A stretch of 64,000 bases of DNA from Acidimicrobiaceae bacterium (GTDB taxonomy: Bacteria > Actinomycetota > Acidimicrobiia > Acidimicrobiales > Aldehydirespiratoraceae): contig PBTQ01000074.1 of the NCBI GenBank assembly GCA_002729125.1, positions 52,507 through 116,506 on the forward strand, given 5' to 3'. Positions 1-11,486 of the stretch are shown here, in pieces. The position numbers and the translations under genes were made by a program. Under the pieces are notes generated by a model. The model ran no database searches and had not been told where the DNA came from. It worked only from the letters and a program-made list of their open reading frames with translations. How positions within the stretch are numbered: the stretch's first letter is position 1; every line of letters begins with the position of its first letter.

Positions 1-32
1 ACTCGAAGACCGTCGCCGCAGACAGTGCCGGC

Positions 33-326
33 TCAGCTCTCTTCGGCAATCCGCTTTGCGACCGTTGCACCCATGTCCCCGACCGGCTGGATGGTCGCCG
101 TGCCCGATGGAATGATCGGTCGGAGGCCCTCCACGAGGGCGTCGTAGTCGTCGGTCTCCAGCACGAAGAAGAAGTCGTGGCCCGGCGGATCGACCCACGC
201 GCCGACGACGTTCACGCCGTTCTCCGCGAGCGCTGGCAGCACGGCTCCGAATGAGGCACCAACCGCCTCAGCGTTGTGCGCAGGGCAGGTTTTCTCATCG
301 TGGTGGTGGTGAACGTGAAACAACAT
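33..326 (-). CDS. Small hypothetical protein with a His-rich N-terminus (MLFHVHHHHDE)
   Basis: Intact 97-aa ORF with GC-rich third positions. It is the only non-Arg-rich frame here. No family motif recognised. Confidence 0.45.
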   Translation of the reverse strand: MLFHVHHHHDEKTCPAHNAEAVGASFGAVLPALAENGVNVVGAWVDPPGHDFFFVLETDDYDALVEGLRPIIPSGTATIQPVGDMGATVAKRIAEES

Positions 327-416
327 GCCGTCACCGTCGCCGACGCGCCTTGCGAAGACCTTGTCAACCCCGATGCGGGACGTCGTCGCAGCGAGCGCTC
401 GGCGACACCCCGACGG

Positions 417-1598
417 TCAGGACACTGCGAGCGGATCGCCCGTGACGTGGAAGTCGATCAGCAGGGTGATGGTCTCGCTGAGGTCGACGAGTGGGCCGGC
501 GGCCGCCGGATTGATGAACTGTGCGGTCAGGAATTGCACCGTGTAGTGGTTGAGCACGTCGTACGCGAGTTCGGGCCGGATTGCCGGCTCCGTGCAGCCA
601 TCCTCGGCTCGGGCCACCTGTTCGGCGCCGATGAGTGCCTCGAGCATGCCGAGACCGCCAAGGTCGTAGATGCCCGCACAGGAGTCGGTGAAGCTGTTGT
701 GGCCCGCATTGGCAATGTTCACGAGGAGTGCGTCTTCGAGCTGCTCGAACAGGCCGTAGCTCCGTTCCGGTGCGACGGTCTTGTCGTTCTCGGCGACGAA
801 CACGATCGCCGGCTTCTGAATCACCGTCTGCGGCGTGCCCGCGGCGATCGTGATGTAGGCGTCGATGACGTCTTCTGCCGCCGCACGGCCCGACGTGCCA
901 CCGCCGGCCGAGTGCCCGGTGATCGCAACCCGGTCGAGGTCACTCACCGGGCTGAGCGCGGGGTGGGCGGCGAGCGCATCAAGACTGTTGAGGACGTCGA
1001 GCACGTCTTGGTTCTCGGCCCCTCCGCCGAGCGTGCCCGTGGCCTGAGCGGCGATGCCTCGCTCGAGATGGTCGGTGGTGATGGCGACGAACCCCCACGA
1101 GGCGACATGGCTGAGGTGGAAGGTCGACGTCTGACGGAACCCTCCGAAGCCGTGGCTGAACACCAGCACCGGGAACGCCTGCTCGTCGTTGACGACCGGT
1201 GCATCCCGATACGCCGTGGTGTCGAACTCGCCGGTGAGTTCGTCGGGAATGAACACCTGGAGTTCCTCAGGGAAGACCGAGAGCGAATCGAAGATCTCCG
1301 TCTGGGTGTCGAGTTCGGGAATCGCCGGGTAGTAGACGTCGGCGAGACGGTCGCCGAGGTCGAGGGTTGCGATGCCGACGCCGTATGGCCCGCGTTCGGT
1401 GAACATCACGGGTTCGGGAGCAATGGTCGTGGTCGTCGGTGCATCGGTCGTTGGGACGGTGGCATCGGTCGTGGTGGGGGCCGCCGTTGTGGTCGTCGGT
1501 GCTGCTGTCGTTGTCGTGGCGGTGGTCTCGTCGGTGTTCCCACCCCCGCAACCGGCGGCGATGAGTGCGAGGGCGGCGAGGACGAAACGGGTGCGCAT
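417..1598 (-). CDS. Secreted lipoprotein alpha/beta-hydrolase (dienelactone hydrolase / PAF-acetylhydrolase-like)
   Basis: Signal peptide plus lipobox (LIAAGC), then a Thr/Pro/Ala-rich linker. Nucleophile elbow is ITGHSAGG, with VFSHGFGG as an oxyanion-type motif. Confidence 0.8.
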   Translation of the reverse strand: MRTRFVLAALALIAAGCGGGNTDETTATTTTAAPTTTTAAPTTTDATVPTTDAPTTTTIAPEPVMFTERGPYGVGIATLDLGDRLADVYYPAIPELDTQTEIFDSLSVFPEELQVFIPDELTGEFDTTAYRDAPVVNDEQAFPVLVFSHGFGGFRQTSTFHLSHVASWGFVAITTDHLERGIAAQATGTLGGGAENQDVLDVLNSLDALAAHPALSPVSDLDRVAITGHSAGGGTSGRAAAEDVIDAYITIAAGTPQTVIQKPAIVFVAENDKTVAPERSYGLFEQLEDALLVNIANAGHNSFTDSCAGIYDLGGLGMLEALIGAEQVARAEDGCTEPAIRPELAYDVLNHYTVQFLTAQFINPAAAGPLVDLSETITLLIDFHVTGDPLAVS

Positions 1599-1635
1599 CC
1601 CGCAATGGTCCCCTTAGCGCCGTACCATCCGCAAG

Positions 1636-2157
1636 ATGGACGCTGCCGAGCGAGCATTGGCATACGCCGAGATCCAGCAACTCGCCGCCGCCTACGCCTT
1701 CTTCACTGATGCGAAGGACGTCGACGCGCTGGTGGAGCTCTATGTGCCCGATGTCCGCATCAGCTCGACGCTCTCTGGTCGTGATCAACTTCACCAGTTG
1801 ATGACCGACGCACTTCGCACGGTGGGCGTCACCTTTTTGAACATCGGCACCCACCACATCGTGCTGGCCGACAACAGCAAATCGGCCACCGGCGTCGTGT
1901 ACAGCAAGGCCGAGGTCCAAGACGGCGGTCCCGACAGCGAGCGTTGGATCAACCACGCCATCCAGTACCACGACGTCTACGAACGACGTGACGGGCGTTG
2001 GTACTTCGGCGCCAACCGTAAGCATTTCCTCGTCTACGGCGCGGAGCTCGAGCACAACCCGCTCGACCAGCCCGACGCCGACTGGCCTGCCCGCCAGACC
2101 GGCCGAGGCACGCATCCTCAGGCCCTCGCCAGCTGGCAGGCGTTCTTCGCCGACTGA
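1636..2157 (+). CDS. SnoaL-like / NTF2-fold protein
   Basis: 173 aa. The N-terminal EIQQLAAAYAFFTDAKDVDALVELYVPDV and C-terminal YHDVYERRDGRWYF pattern is typical of SnoaL_4 proteins. Confidence 0.7.
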   Translation: MDAAERALAYAEIQQLAAAYAFFTDAKDVDALVELYVPDVRISSTLSGRDQLHQLMTDALRTVGVTFLNIGTHHIVLADNSKSATGVVYSKAEVQDGGPDSERWINHAIQYHDVYERRDGRWYFGANRKHFLVYGAELEHNPLDQPDADWPARQTGRGTHPQALASWQAFFAD

Positions 2158-2187
2158 CGCCCAGAAGCCGGTGCGCTCAGCCGTTTA

Positions 2188-2206
2188 GCTGCAATACCTC
2201 GCATGC
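2188..2206. repeat. Left arm of an imperfect inverted repeat (GCTGCAATACCTCGCATGC)
   Basis: The reverse complement of 2486-2501 (GCTGCAATACTCATGC) matches this arm apart from small indels. Weaker similarity continues inward. Confidence 0.4.
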
Positions 2207-2485
2207 TGCGCCCGATGTGGAAGCTAAGGGTGAGACCACCGAACGAATGCGACCGTCACCGTGGGTGCATTAAGCAGGGCAGCTGCGACTGCCCACGTTC
2301 CCGCAGTCGGCACGTCGTATCCCGTGAACGACTCGCCATCGTCGTGCGCAAAAATGTCGCCGAAGATCGTGTTGGGCCAACGTGCTTCAGAACACACGAC
2401 CATGGGCTTTGGACCCAGGAGGATCGTGATGGTCGCCAAGAGCAGTCCACACAAGAACCCGGCCGGCCATGCCTACCCCTTCACC

Positions 2486-2501
2486 GCATGAGTATTGCAG
2501 C
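2486..2501. repeat. Right arm of an imperfect inverted repeat (GCATGAGTATTGCAGC)
   Basis: Pairs with 2188-2206. Together the arms bracket about 280 nt of lower-GC sequence. Confidence 0.4.
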
Positions 2502-2697
2502 AAGCAGCTCCGGGCCAACATCACCGACAGACCGTAAATACGTATCTATATGCGGGGCGGCCCGGCACATCCCCCGGTGGCGCCGACATCGGCGTGGACA
2601 CCCAGGAGGGTGAGGGCACGACGATGACCCTTAACCGCCCTGTCACTTCGGCGTGACCGCCTTCTCGTAGGAACGGCATGAGGGTCACACTCCATCC

Positions 2698-3558
2698 GTG
2701 CCGTCCATGCGCTTCGCCCCGCTTCTCGTTGCGTTGACGTTCGCCGCATCCTGCGGATCCGGCGAACGTCCGACCCTCTTAGCGCCCCCGCAGGTGGCCG
2801 CCCCGACGACGACCGAGGTCAAACTCGCGCCGATCGATACGACGGTCGACGTGACGTTCTTCGGCTTCCCGTTCGGGATGGAGGCGTCGCTTGAGGCGAT
2901 GGCAGCCGCGAGTGAAGGGCGATGGGATGTTCGCCCGGGCGACGGACGAGGACTGTGCGACGCACTCGACCAGGGTGTCGGCGGCGCGTTGTTCGATCTC
3001 GCGCTGGCCGCCCCGATCGTGCCGTGTGCGCTCGAGGCGCATGCGATCGGCACCCGAGCGGTGTACCTCTACGCGTCGGACGACGTTCCACCCTTGGATC
3101 TCGATCTCCTCCGCGCAGTGTTCGTCGACATCGGCCGACCTCGCCATACGGCCGTGGGTACGGATCAGGCCGAGTGGGAGTGGGTGCTCCACGAGCTGCT
3201 GTCGAACGAATCTCCACCGCCGGACCGGGTAGTCCTCGCCCTGGGCCCGGATGCCATCCGAGCGGCGGTCGCTGCCGGCAACACGATCGCCTACTCGGCG
3301 TTCACGCCCGACGATGTCGGCCTCCGTGCGCGCTGTGTTTCGATCAGTGCCAGCGCACCGTGCATCGCCCCTGACGACCGAGAGCGGTATCCGTTGCTGG
3401 TGCCGATGTGGTTCGCAGCCACATCAGCCACCCTCGCCAACGAACTCGTCACGGCGATGCTCCAGCCCGACATCGTCGCTGCATCGGCCTCGGGCGGGGT
3501 TGTGATCGAGGAAGAGCCACGTGCTGATTCGGAGGTGTCGTCGGTTCCCATGGAATGA
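2698..3558 (+). CDS. Hypothetical lipoprotein (possibly periplasmic-binding-protein-like)
   Basis: Signal peptide with lipobox (LTFAASC). 286-aa ORF in the coding-looking frame. The start could be GTG 2698 or ATG 2707. Confidence 0.6.
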   Translation: MPSMRFAPLLVALTFAASCGSGERPTLLAPPQVAAPTTTEVKLAPIDTTVDVTFFGFPFGMEASLEAMAAASEGRWDVRPGDGRGLCDALDQGVGGALFDLALAAPIVPCALEAHAIGTRAVYLYASDDVPPLDLDLLRAVFVDIGRPRHTAVGTDQAEWEWVLHELLSNESPPPDRVVLALGPDAIRAAVAAGNTIAYSAFTPDDVGLRARCVSISASAPCIAPDDRERYPLLVPMWFAATSATLANELVTAMLQPDIVAASASGGVVIEEEPRADSEVSSVPME

Positions 3559-3660
3559 CGTGTGGACGGATCCTTCGATGCAGGCCTCTGCGGTGCCGCC
3601 GGAACAGCTCGGGTACTGTCTGACCTTCAGCCCAGCGCCATTCATCCAGGGGGAGCCACC

Positions 3661-5652
<1,992 letters not shown>

Positions 5653-5660
5653 GCCCCGGC

Positions 5661-6191
5661 GTGCTCATGGATCATCCCGACAACTGGATCGAGAACACCG
5701 GTCGACCGATCGGCGGCCCGACCGTCGTGCTCGATCTCGACGGTGTCATCTCCGATGCCGGCCATCGCCAGCACTATCTCGAGGCTGAGGCGTCGAAGGA
5801 CAAGGACTGGACCGGCTTCTTCAACGCATGCGTCGACGACTCCGTCATCGCCCACGGGTGGGCGCTCGCGGAATCGGTCTCGCCTGCGATCTGTCTGGTG
5901 ATCCTCACCGCCCGCATCGACGACATCCGCGACTCCACCATCAGCTGGCTCACGACGAACAGCATCCGTCATGACTGGTTGATCCTGCGCGGCCCTCGCC
6001 AGGGTGCGTCCAGCACCGAGTGGAAAGCCGGCCAACTCGAACTCCTGCGGGCGGCCGGTGCGGAGATCCAACTGTGCGCTGATGACGACCCGCGCAATGT
6101 CGAAATGATGCGCAGCCTCGGGATCCCAACGCTCTACATCCCATCGGGCTACTACGGTGATCGAGCCTCGGAGTCCGTCGAGTACCGATGA
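5661..6191 (+). CDS. HAD-like phosphatase (polynucleotide-kinase-phosphatase-like fold)
   Basis: LDLDGV (DxDG) nucleophile motif, an ILTAR motif and a CADDD acidic motif. 176 aa. Confidence 0.55.
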   Translation: MLMDHPDNWIENTGRPIGGPTVVLDLDGVISDAGHRQHYLEAEASKDKDWTGFFNACVDDSVIAHGWALAESVSPAICLVILTARIDDIRDSTISWLTTNSIRHDWLILRGPRQGASSTEWKAGQLELLRAAGAEIQLCADDDPRNVEMMRSLGIPTLYIPSGYYGDRASESVEYR

Positions 6192-6222
6192 TCAAGGCGC
6201 TGAGCTGGCGCCCGAGCATCGA

Positions 6223-9200
6223 TCAGGTCAGTGCAACGGCGAGCTTGGAGCGGTAGATGCCGGCTCGTTCGATCTTGAGGTCTTCGTAACCGCGAACGGA
6301 TTGCGGCAACGATGCGATTTCGGTCGCCTCGTCGGTCGTCATGGTTCCCGTAGCGACGCGAGCCAGCACGATGTCGATTGACGATTCGAAGATTCCGATC
6401 AGCTCTCGCTCGAGCTTTCGCATCTGGGTGCGGCCGAAGGGGTCGAGGACGGTGCCTCGAAGGCGCTTGCCGTTCGCGAGCACCTTCATGATCGGTACGC
6501 CGACTCGGGTGGAGACGGTGATCTTTCGCTTCATGCCGAGCGACTTAAGGATCGGCGGATGCAGTTTCCACGAGGCCTTGGCTCCGGCCCCGCCAGCGGC
6601 GGCGATGGCGGCGGTCGCCTCGGGACCGGTCAGGAGGCGAGCGACCTCGTACTCGTCCTTGTATGCGAGGAGGAGGTGATGGCTGACGGCGACCGTCTCG
6701 GTGAATGATGTGTCGCCTAGTGAGGCGGCTCGTTCGACCAGGTCGAGGTACCGCCCGGCGAGTGCGGCACTTTGGTAGGCGAGCAGGTCGGCGGCTCGGA
6801 GCGCGATATCGGCACCGAGTTGGTCGGCCCGAGTGGCGAGCTTCTCCGGCAGTGCCGGCACGTGAACCTGCGGGCTGTCCGCGTGCGCGACGACGGTGCC
6901 AGCCGAAACCGCCTCGGTCCGGCCAGCGGCGAAGGCGGTGAGGTTCGCCTCGACCGCCACACCGTTCAGCCGGATCGCCTTCTCGATCGCCGTCCCGGCG
7001 ATCGGCAACACGCCGTGCTGGTAGGCGAAACCGAGGAGGAAGATGTTGGCTGAAGCTGCCGAGCCGAGCAGTTGCTCGGTAATGCCCGCGGCGTCGACGT
7101 AGCGGTTGCGCTCGGTCAGCGTCGCCGCCGCGACCTGGGTCCGCAGTTCGTCGAGCTCCGGATACGCAACCTCGGGCTTGCCAATCATCGATCCGGTGGG
7201 CGTCTCGCTCGCCGAACCGATCAGCACCGTGCGGGTCGGGTCGCCCGCCGAGAGCGAGGCGGGGCTGGCAGCGCTCAGCAGGTCGAAGGCGATGATGACA
7301 TCGGCGCCCTCATCGCCGATCAGGTTCGACGGCGCCGGCGCGTCGGTCGTGATGCGGAGGTCGCCGCTCACACGTCCGGCTTTCTGCGAGAGACCTGTCT
7401 GGTCGAGCCCGCGCACGTGCAGGCCGTCGAGCATTGCGGCCGTGGCGACGATCTGGGCGACTGTGACGACACCGGTGCCGCCGATCCCGACCATTCGCAG
7501 GTCGAGCGAGCCAGGCGAGACGATCAAGTCGGGATCGGGGAGATCGCCTCTGACGGCACCCGAGCCGGCCTTTTTCTCGGCCTTCGGATTGGGCGTGATC
7601 TGGATGAAACTGGGGCAGTCGCCTTCCAGGCACGAGTAGTCGAGATTGCAGCTCGATTGATCGATCGTGGTCTTGGTGCCGAGGGGGGTGTCGACCGCCT
7701 GCACCGACAGACAGTTCGACACGGCGCCGCAGTCGCCGCACGCTTCGCAGATGCGGTGGTTGATCGCGATCCGGTAGGGTGGGGTCTCGACGAGGCCGCG
7801 CTTGCGGAGACGGCGGGCCTGGGCTGCGCATGCCTGGTCGTGGATCATCACGGTGACACCAGGGACGGTAGCGAGGTACTCCTGTGCCTCGACCACCCGG
7901 TCGCGATCCCAGACCTTCACTGCGCCCTTCGGGCCGACCGGCATCTCGGCGTTGCGATAGGCGCTCACATCATCGGTGGTGACGAGCACTTCGGCGACGC
8001 CGTGGGCGAGCAGCGCCGTGGCGATTTCGGGAACGGTCTGGCCGCCGACAGCGTCCTGGCCGCCGGTCATGGCGACCGTGCCGTTGTAGAGGAGCTTGTA
8101 GGTCGTATTCATCCCCGCCGCGACTGATGCCTGGATCGCGAGTTGGCCGGAGTGGAAGAAGGTGCCGTCGCCGATGTTCTGGATGAAATGCTCACGTTCA
8201 ACGAACGGGGCCATGCCGATGAACTGCGACCCTTCGGCTCCCATGGCGGTGATGCCGGCGATGTCGCCGACCTTGGTGTCGTCCATGAGCAGGACCATGC
8301 CGTGGCAGCCGATGCCAGCCCCTACAAGGGTGTCGTCGGGGACCTTGGTCGAACGGTTGTGGGGACATCCTGAGCAGAAGTACGGCGAGCGATCGACCGA
8401 GAGTGGCAGCAGTTGCTTTTCTCGCTTCGGTGGTGTCGGTGGAGCAAGCCGGTCGGCGATGCGGGCACTCAGCCGTTCCCGCAGGCCAGCGACCATCGCG
8501 CCGGCGTCGAGGATGCCGTGGTCGGGCATCAGCGGGCGACCGTTCTCGTGGCGTTTGCCGACGACACGGGGCTGGTGAGGGCCGCCGTAGAGAGCGTCCT
8601 TCACTAGCCACTCGAGTGTCGGGTTCTTCTCCTCCACGACGATGATCTCGTCGAGCCCGCGAGCGAAGTTGCGGATGTTGTTCGGGTCGATCGACAACGG
8701 CATCTGCGTGTGGAGCAGCCGGATGCCGGCGGCCTCGATATCGGCCGTTGTCGGTAGCCCCAGTCGGCGAAGGGCCTCGAGAAGTTCGTGGTACGTGTAA
8801 CCGGTGGCGACAAGCCCGATCCACGCGTCGTTCGGATCGGTGGTGGCGTGGTTGAGCTTGTTCGCCGTCGCGTAGCGCTGGGCGAGGATCAACCGGATCG
8901 TGCGGAAGTCACGTTCGAGCTCGAGCGTCTTTGGGGTGAGGAGGCGCCCTTCAGGTCGCGGCTCGTAGATCGTGCCGTTCGGGTCGCCGGGGATCGAGAG
9001 ATTTGGGGTGACGATCTCGACCCGATCGAGGCCGAGATCAACCGTGCCAGAGCCGTCGGCGACGGGGGAGACGATCTTCATTGAGGTCCAGAGACCGGTC
9101 ATGCGGCTGAGCGCCACGGCGTGACGGCCGAGGTCGACGACCTCCTGCACGTCGCCCGGGTAGAAGAGCGGCATGTGGAGGTCGTAGATCGTGGCGTCGG

Positions 9201-9675
9201 ACGACGATGGAATCGTCGAAGACTTCGCTGCGGGATCGTCGCCGACGAGGGCGATCGCCCCGCCCTTCGAGGAGGTGCCGGTGAAGTTCGCGTGGCGGAG
9301 AGCGTCGCCTGCCCGGTCGATACCCGGGCCCTTGCCGTACCAGATGCCCAGGACACCCGCGTAGGTCGCGTCGGGCTGTTCGGTCGCGAGCTGGCTCCCC
9401 ATCACGGCGGTTGCGCCGAGTTCTTCGTTGACGGCAGGTTGGAGCACGACGTCGACATCGGTCGCCACCCGCAGCGCCTTTTCGAGCTCCATGTCGAAGC
9501 CGCCGAGGGGCGAGCCGGGGTAGCCGGAGACGAATGCTGCGGTCTTGAGTCCGTTGCGCTTGTCGATGCGCATCTGCTCAATGGGCAGTCGGGCCAGGGC
9601 CTGCACACCCGTCAGGAAGACGCGACCGTCGTCCTTCAGGAAGCGGTCGGAGAGCTGATACTCGGTGATCGCCAT
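6223..9675 (-). CDS. Indolepyruvate / 2-oxoacid:ferredoxin oxidoreductase, fused alpha-beta form
   Basis: 1150 aa. Contains a TPP-binding region, CSGCPH, a ferredoxin-like CEACGDCGAVSNC...CLEGDCPSF segment and a C-terminal IorB-like domain. Confidence 0.9.
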   Translation of the reverse strand: MAITEYQLSDRFLKDDGRVFLTGVQALARLPIEQMRIDKRNGLKTAAFVSGYPGSPLGGFDMELEKALRVATDVDVVLQPAVNEELGATAVMGSQLATEQPDATYAGVLGIWYGKGPGIDRAGDALRHANFTGTSSKGGAIALVGDDPAAKSSTIPSSSDATIYDLHMPLFYPGDVQEVVDLGRHAVALSRMTGLWTSMKIVSPVADGSGTVDLGLDRVEIVTPNLSIPGDPNGTIYEPRPEGRLLTPKTLELERDFRTIRLILAQRYATANKLNHATTDPNDAWIGLVATGYTYHELLEALRRLGLPTTADIEAAGIRLLHTQMPLSIDPNNIRNFARGLDEIIVVEEKNPTLEWLVKDALYGGPHQPRVVGKRHENGRPLMPDHGILDAGAMVAGLRERLSARIADRLAPPTPPKREKQLLPLSVDRSPYFCSGCPHNRSTKVPDDTLVGAGIGCHGMVLLMDDTKVGDIAGITAMGAEGSQFIGMAPFVEREHFIQNIGDGTFFHSGQLAIQASVAAGMNTTYKLLYNGTVAMTGGQDAVGGQTVPEIATALLAHGVAEVLVTTDDVSAYRNAEMPVGPKGAVKVWDRDRVVEAQEYLATVPGVTVMIHDQACAAQARRLRKRGLVETPPYRIAINHRICEACGDCGAVSNCLSVQAVDTPLGTKTTIDQSSCNLDYSCLEGDCPSFIQITPNPKAEKKAGSGAVRGDLPDPDLIVSPGSLDLRMVGIGGTGVVTVAQIVATAAMLDGLHVRGLDQTGLSQKAGRVSGDLRITTDAPAPSNLIGDEGADVIIAFDLLSAASPASLSAGDPTRTVLIGSASETPTGSMIGKPEVAYPELDELRTQVAAATLTERNRYVDAAGITEQLLGSAASANIFLLGFAYQHGVLPIAGTAIEKAIRLNGVAVEANLTAFAAGRTEAVSAGTVVAHADSPQVHVPALPEKLATRADQLGADIALRAADLLAYQSAALAGRYLDLVERAASLGDTSFTETVAVSHHLLLAYKDEYEVARLLTGPEATAAIAAAGGAGAKASWKLHPPILKSLGMKRKITVSTRVGVPIMKVLANGKRLRGTVLDPFGRTQMRKLERELIGIFESSIDIVLARVATGTMTTDEATEIASLPQSVRGYEDLKIERAGIYRSKLAVALT

Positions 9676-9781
9676 ACGACGAGCGTCGCATCAGTGCGGG
9701 CTCGGCTCAAGCCACCCGATCGATCAGTGACAGCCCGACGCGGAATTTCGGAGCGGTCTGAATCGTTAAACGAGGGGCATC

Positions 9782-10636
9782 ATGATCAACACCGCAAAGA
9801 CCTTCACCCTCCTTGCTGCCATGGGCGGCCTCGTCGTCGTCGCGGGCGGCGTGCTCGGCGGCTCCGGGGGCCTCGCCATCGGACTGATCCTCGGCCTCGT
9901 CATGGTCGGAGGCTCGTACTGGTTTAGCGACAAGCTGGCCATCAAGTCAGCACGCGCCGTTCCCGTCTCCCGGGAACAGCTGCCGCAGTACTACGAGATC
10001 ATGGAAGATCTCACCACTCGGGCGAACATGTCGATGCCGAGGCTGTACATCACGCCCAGCCAGCAGCCGAACGCCTTCGCCACCGGCCGCAACCCAAACA
10101 ACGCCGCCGTCGCCGTGACTGAGGGGCTGCTCCAGGCGATGAACTGGGAGCAGGTGCGCGGCGTGCTCGCCCACGAACTCGCCCACATCCGCAACCGCGA
10201 CATACTCATTGGGTCGGTGGCTGCCGCCATCGGCATGGGGATCACCTTCGCGGCCCGCATGGTGATGTGGGGGGCACTGCTCGGCGGCAATAACCGTGAT
10301 CGCAACCCGATCGGTGAGCTCGCCTTTGCGCTGCTTGCCCCCATGGCGGCGATGCTCATCCAGGCTGCCGTGAGTCGCAGCCGGGAATTCCAGGCCGACG
10401 AGTCGGCGGCAAGGCTGCTCGGCACGGGCGAACCCCTTGCCCAGGCGCTGCAGCAGCTCGAGTCCTACGCCAACCGCATCCCGGCGGCCGTCGACCCCAA
10501 CCAGGCGAGCAACTACATCATCGACCCCCTGAAGGCCCAGGCCCGCGGCGGTCAGGGCGGCGGTTTCGGCAAGCTCTTCAGCACCCATCCGTCGACCGAC
10601 GACCGGATTGCCCGGCTGCGGAGTCTGAACCTCTGA
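9782..10636 (+). CDS. htpX: Zinc metalloprotease HtpX (M48)
   Basis: [10 protein letters not shown] (HExxH), four hydrophobic segments and a C-terminal [13 protein letters not shown]. Confidence 0.9.
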   Translation: MINTAKTFTLLAAMGGLVVVAGGVLGGSGGLAIGLILGLVMVGGSYWFSDKLAIKSARAVPVSREQLPQYYEIMEDLTTRANMSMPRLYITPSQQPNAFATGRNPNNAAVAVTEGLLQAMNWEQVRGVLAHELAHIRNRDILIGSVAAAIGMGITFAARMVMWGALLGGNNRDRNPIGELAFALLAPMAAMLIQAAVSRSREFQADESAARLLGTGEPLAQALQQLESYANRIPAAVDPNQASNYIIDPLKAQARGGQGGGFGKLFSTHPSTDDRIARLRSLNL

Positions 10637-10714
10637 TTCGTCTCGGATGCGATCCCGCACCGAGAGGGCGGGAGGAGCTTGTTGCCCGTCAGCAGCGTGG
10701 TGGAGCCGGTCGGG

Positions 10715-11203
10715 TTAGTCCCGGAAGTTGTTGAACTGCAGCGGAATCTCGAAGTCCTGCTCCTTCAACGCAGCGATGGCGGCCTGAAGGTCGTCGCGCT
10801 TCTTGCCGCTCACCCGGAGCTGCTCTCCCTGGGTCGAGGACTGCACGCCCTTGAGGCCGAGCCCCTTGATGAACTTGTTGAGTTCCCTGGCCTTGTCGGC
10901 GTTGATACCGGCCTGAAGCTTGACCGTCTGGCGCACCGACCCGCCTGACGCCGGTTCGACCGTGCCGTAGTCGAGCACCTTCATCGAGACCTTGCGCTTG
11001 GCGAACTTCTCTTCGAGCACGACCCGGAGCGCAGCGAGGCGGTCCTCCGATGACGACGCCAGCTTGATCTCGTCGTCGCCAAGTTCAACCGAGCTGTCGG
11101 TGCCCTTGAAGTCGAATCGCTGGCTGACTTCACGAGCCGCCTGGTCGACCGCGTTGCGGACTTCTTGCATGTCAACTTCTGAAACCACGTCGAATGTCGG
11201 CAT
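10715..11203 (-). CDS. yajQ: YajQ family nucleotide / cyclic-di-GMP-binding protein (UPF0234)
   Basis: MPTFDVVSEVDMQEVRNAVDQAAREVSQRFDFKGT is the hallmark YajQ N-terminus. 162 aa. Confidence 0.85.
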   Translation of the reverse strand: MPTFDVVSEVDMQEVRNAVDQAAREVSQRFDFKGTDSSVELGDDEIKLASSSEDRLAALRVVLEEKFAKRKVSMKVLDYGTVEPASGGSVRQTVKLQAGINADKARELNKFIKGLGLKGVQSSTQGEQLRVSGKKRDDLQAAIAALKEQDFEIPLQFNNFRD

Positions 11204-11306
11204 GGCGCCGACGGTACTACGACGGTGCCGTCGACCGAATGCTCTCCATCCCGTAGCGACGAAGTCGCAGAGCTGGCCCTGGCCGGTACAGTTGTGGCCC
11301 TTCCAT

Positions 11307-11391
11307 GGGTCGGTGCCCGAGCGGCCAAAGGGAACGGGCTGTAAACCCGTCGGCTTCGCCTACGAAGGTTCGAATCCTTCCCGGCCCACCA
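11307..11391 (+). tRNA. tRNA-Tyr (anticodon GTA), long variable arm, CCA encoded
   Basis: 7-bp acceptor stem (GGGTCGG/CCGGCCC with one G-U pair). D-arm is CCCGAGCGGCCAAAGGGA, the anticodon loop is CTGTAAA and the T-arm is GAAGGTTCGAATCCTTC. Close to E. coli tyrT by eye. Confidence 0.9.
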
Positions 11392-11402
11392 TGGACGAAC
11401 GA

Positions 11403-11435
11403 CCCGGTGTTTCGACACCGGGCCGTTCTCCTTTT
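11403..11435 (+). terminator. Hairpin terminator after tRNA-Tyr
   Basis: CCCGGTGT-TTCG-ACACCGGG is a perfect 8-bp stem, followed by CCGTTCTCCTTTT. Confidence 0.5.
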
Positions 11436-11486
11436 CGGTCGAGGTCGGCAGCGGGCCCCGGACGAACGCCGGCGCATGTTGGCCTG

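Noticed and set aside
1390-1540. A repetitive DNA stretch (GTCGTCGGTG-like units) that could be mistaken for a tandem repeat array.
   Set aside because: It encodes the Thr/Pro/Ala-rich linker (TTTAAPTTTTAAPTTTDATVPTTDAPTTTT) between the lipobox and the hydrolase domain. This is ordinary low-complexity linker coding sequence.
276-1709. A 477-aa ORF on the plus strand, opposite the lipoprotein hydrolase gene.
   Set aside because: Its composition is Arg/Gly/Val-rich and low in complexity, which is typical of an antisense frame in high-GC DNA. The minus-strand frame has a signal peptide, a lipobox and a GHSAGG catalytic motif.
2203-2613. A 136-aa plus-strand ORF in the intergenic island.
   Set aside because: It is Arg/Cys/His-rich, has no motif, spans the lower-GC spacer and overlaps other equally weak ORFs. 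I treat it as non-coding and report the region as a finding instead.
3562-3660. The upstream ATG start for acs given by the ORF track.
   Set aside because: The extra 33 residues are not Acs-like. GTG 3661 is preceded by GGGGGAG and yields the usual N-terminus upstream of the FPPS motif.
10653-10673. A hairpin, TCCCGC-N9-GCGGGA, between convergent htpX and yajQ, considered as a bidirectional terminator.
   Set aside because: The stem is only 6 bp with a 9-nt loop and there is no clear T-tract on either strand. The evidence is insufficient to call a terminator.
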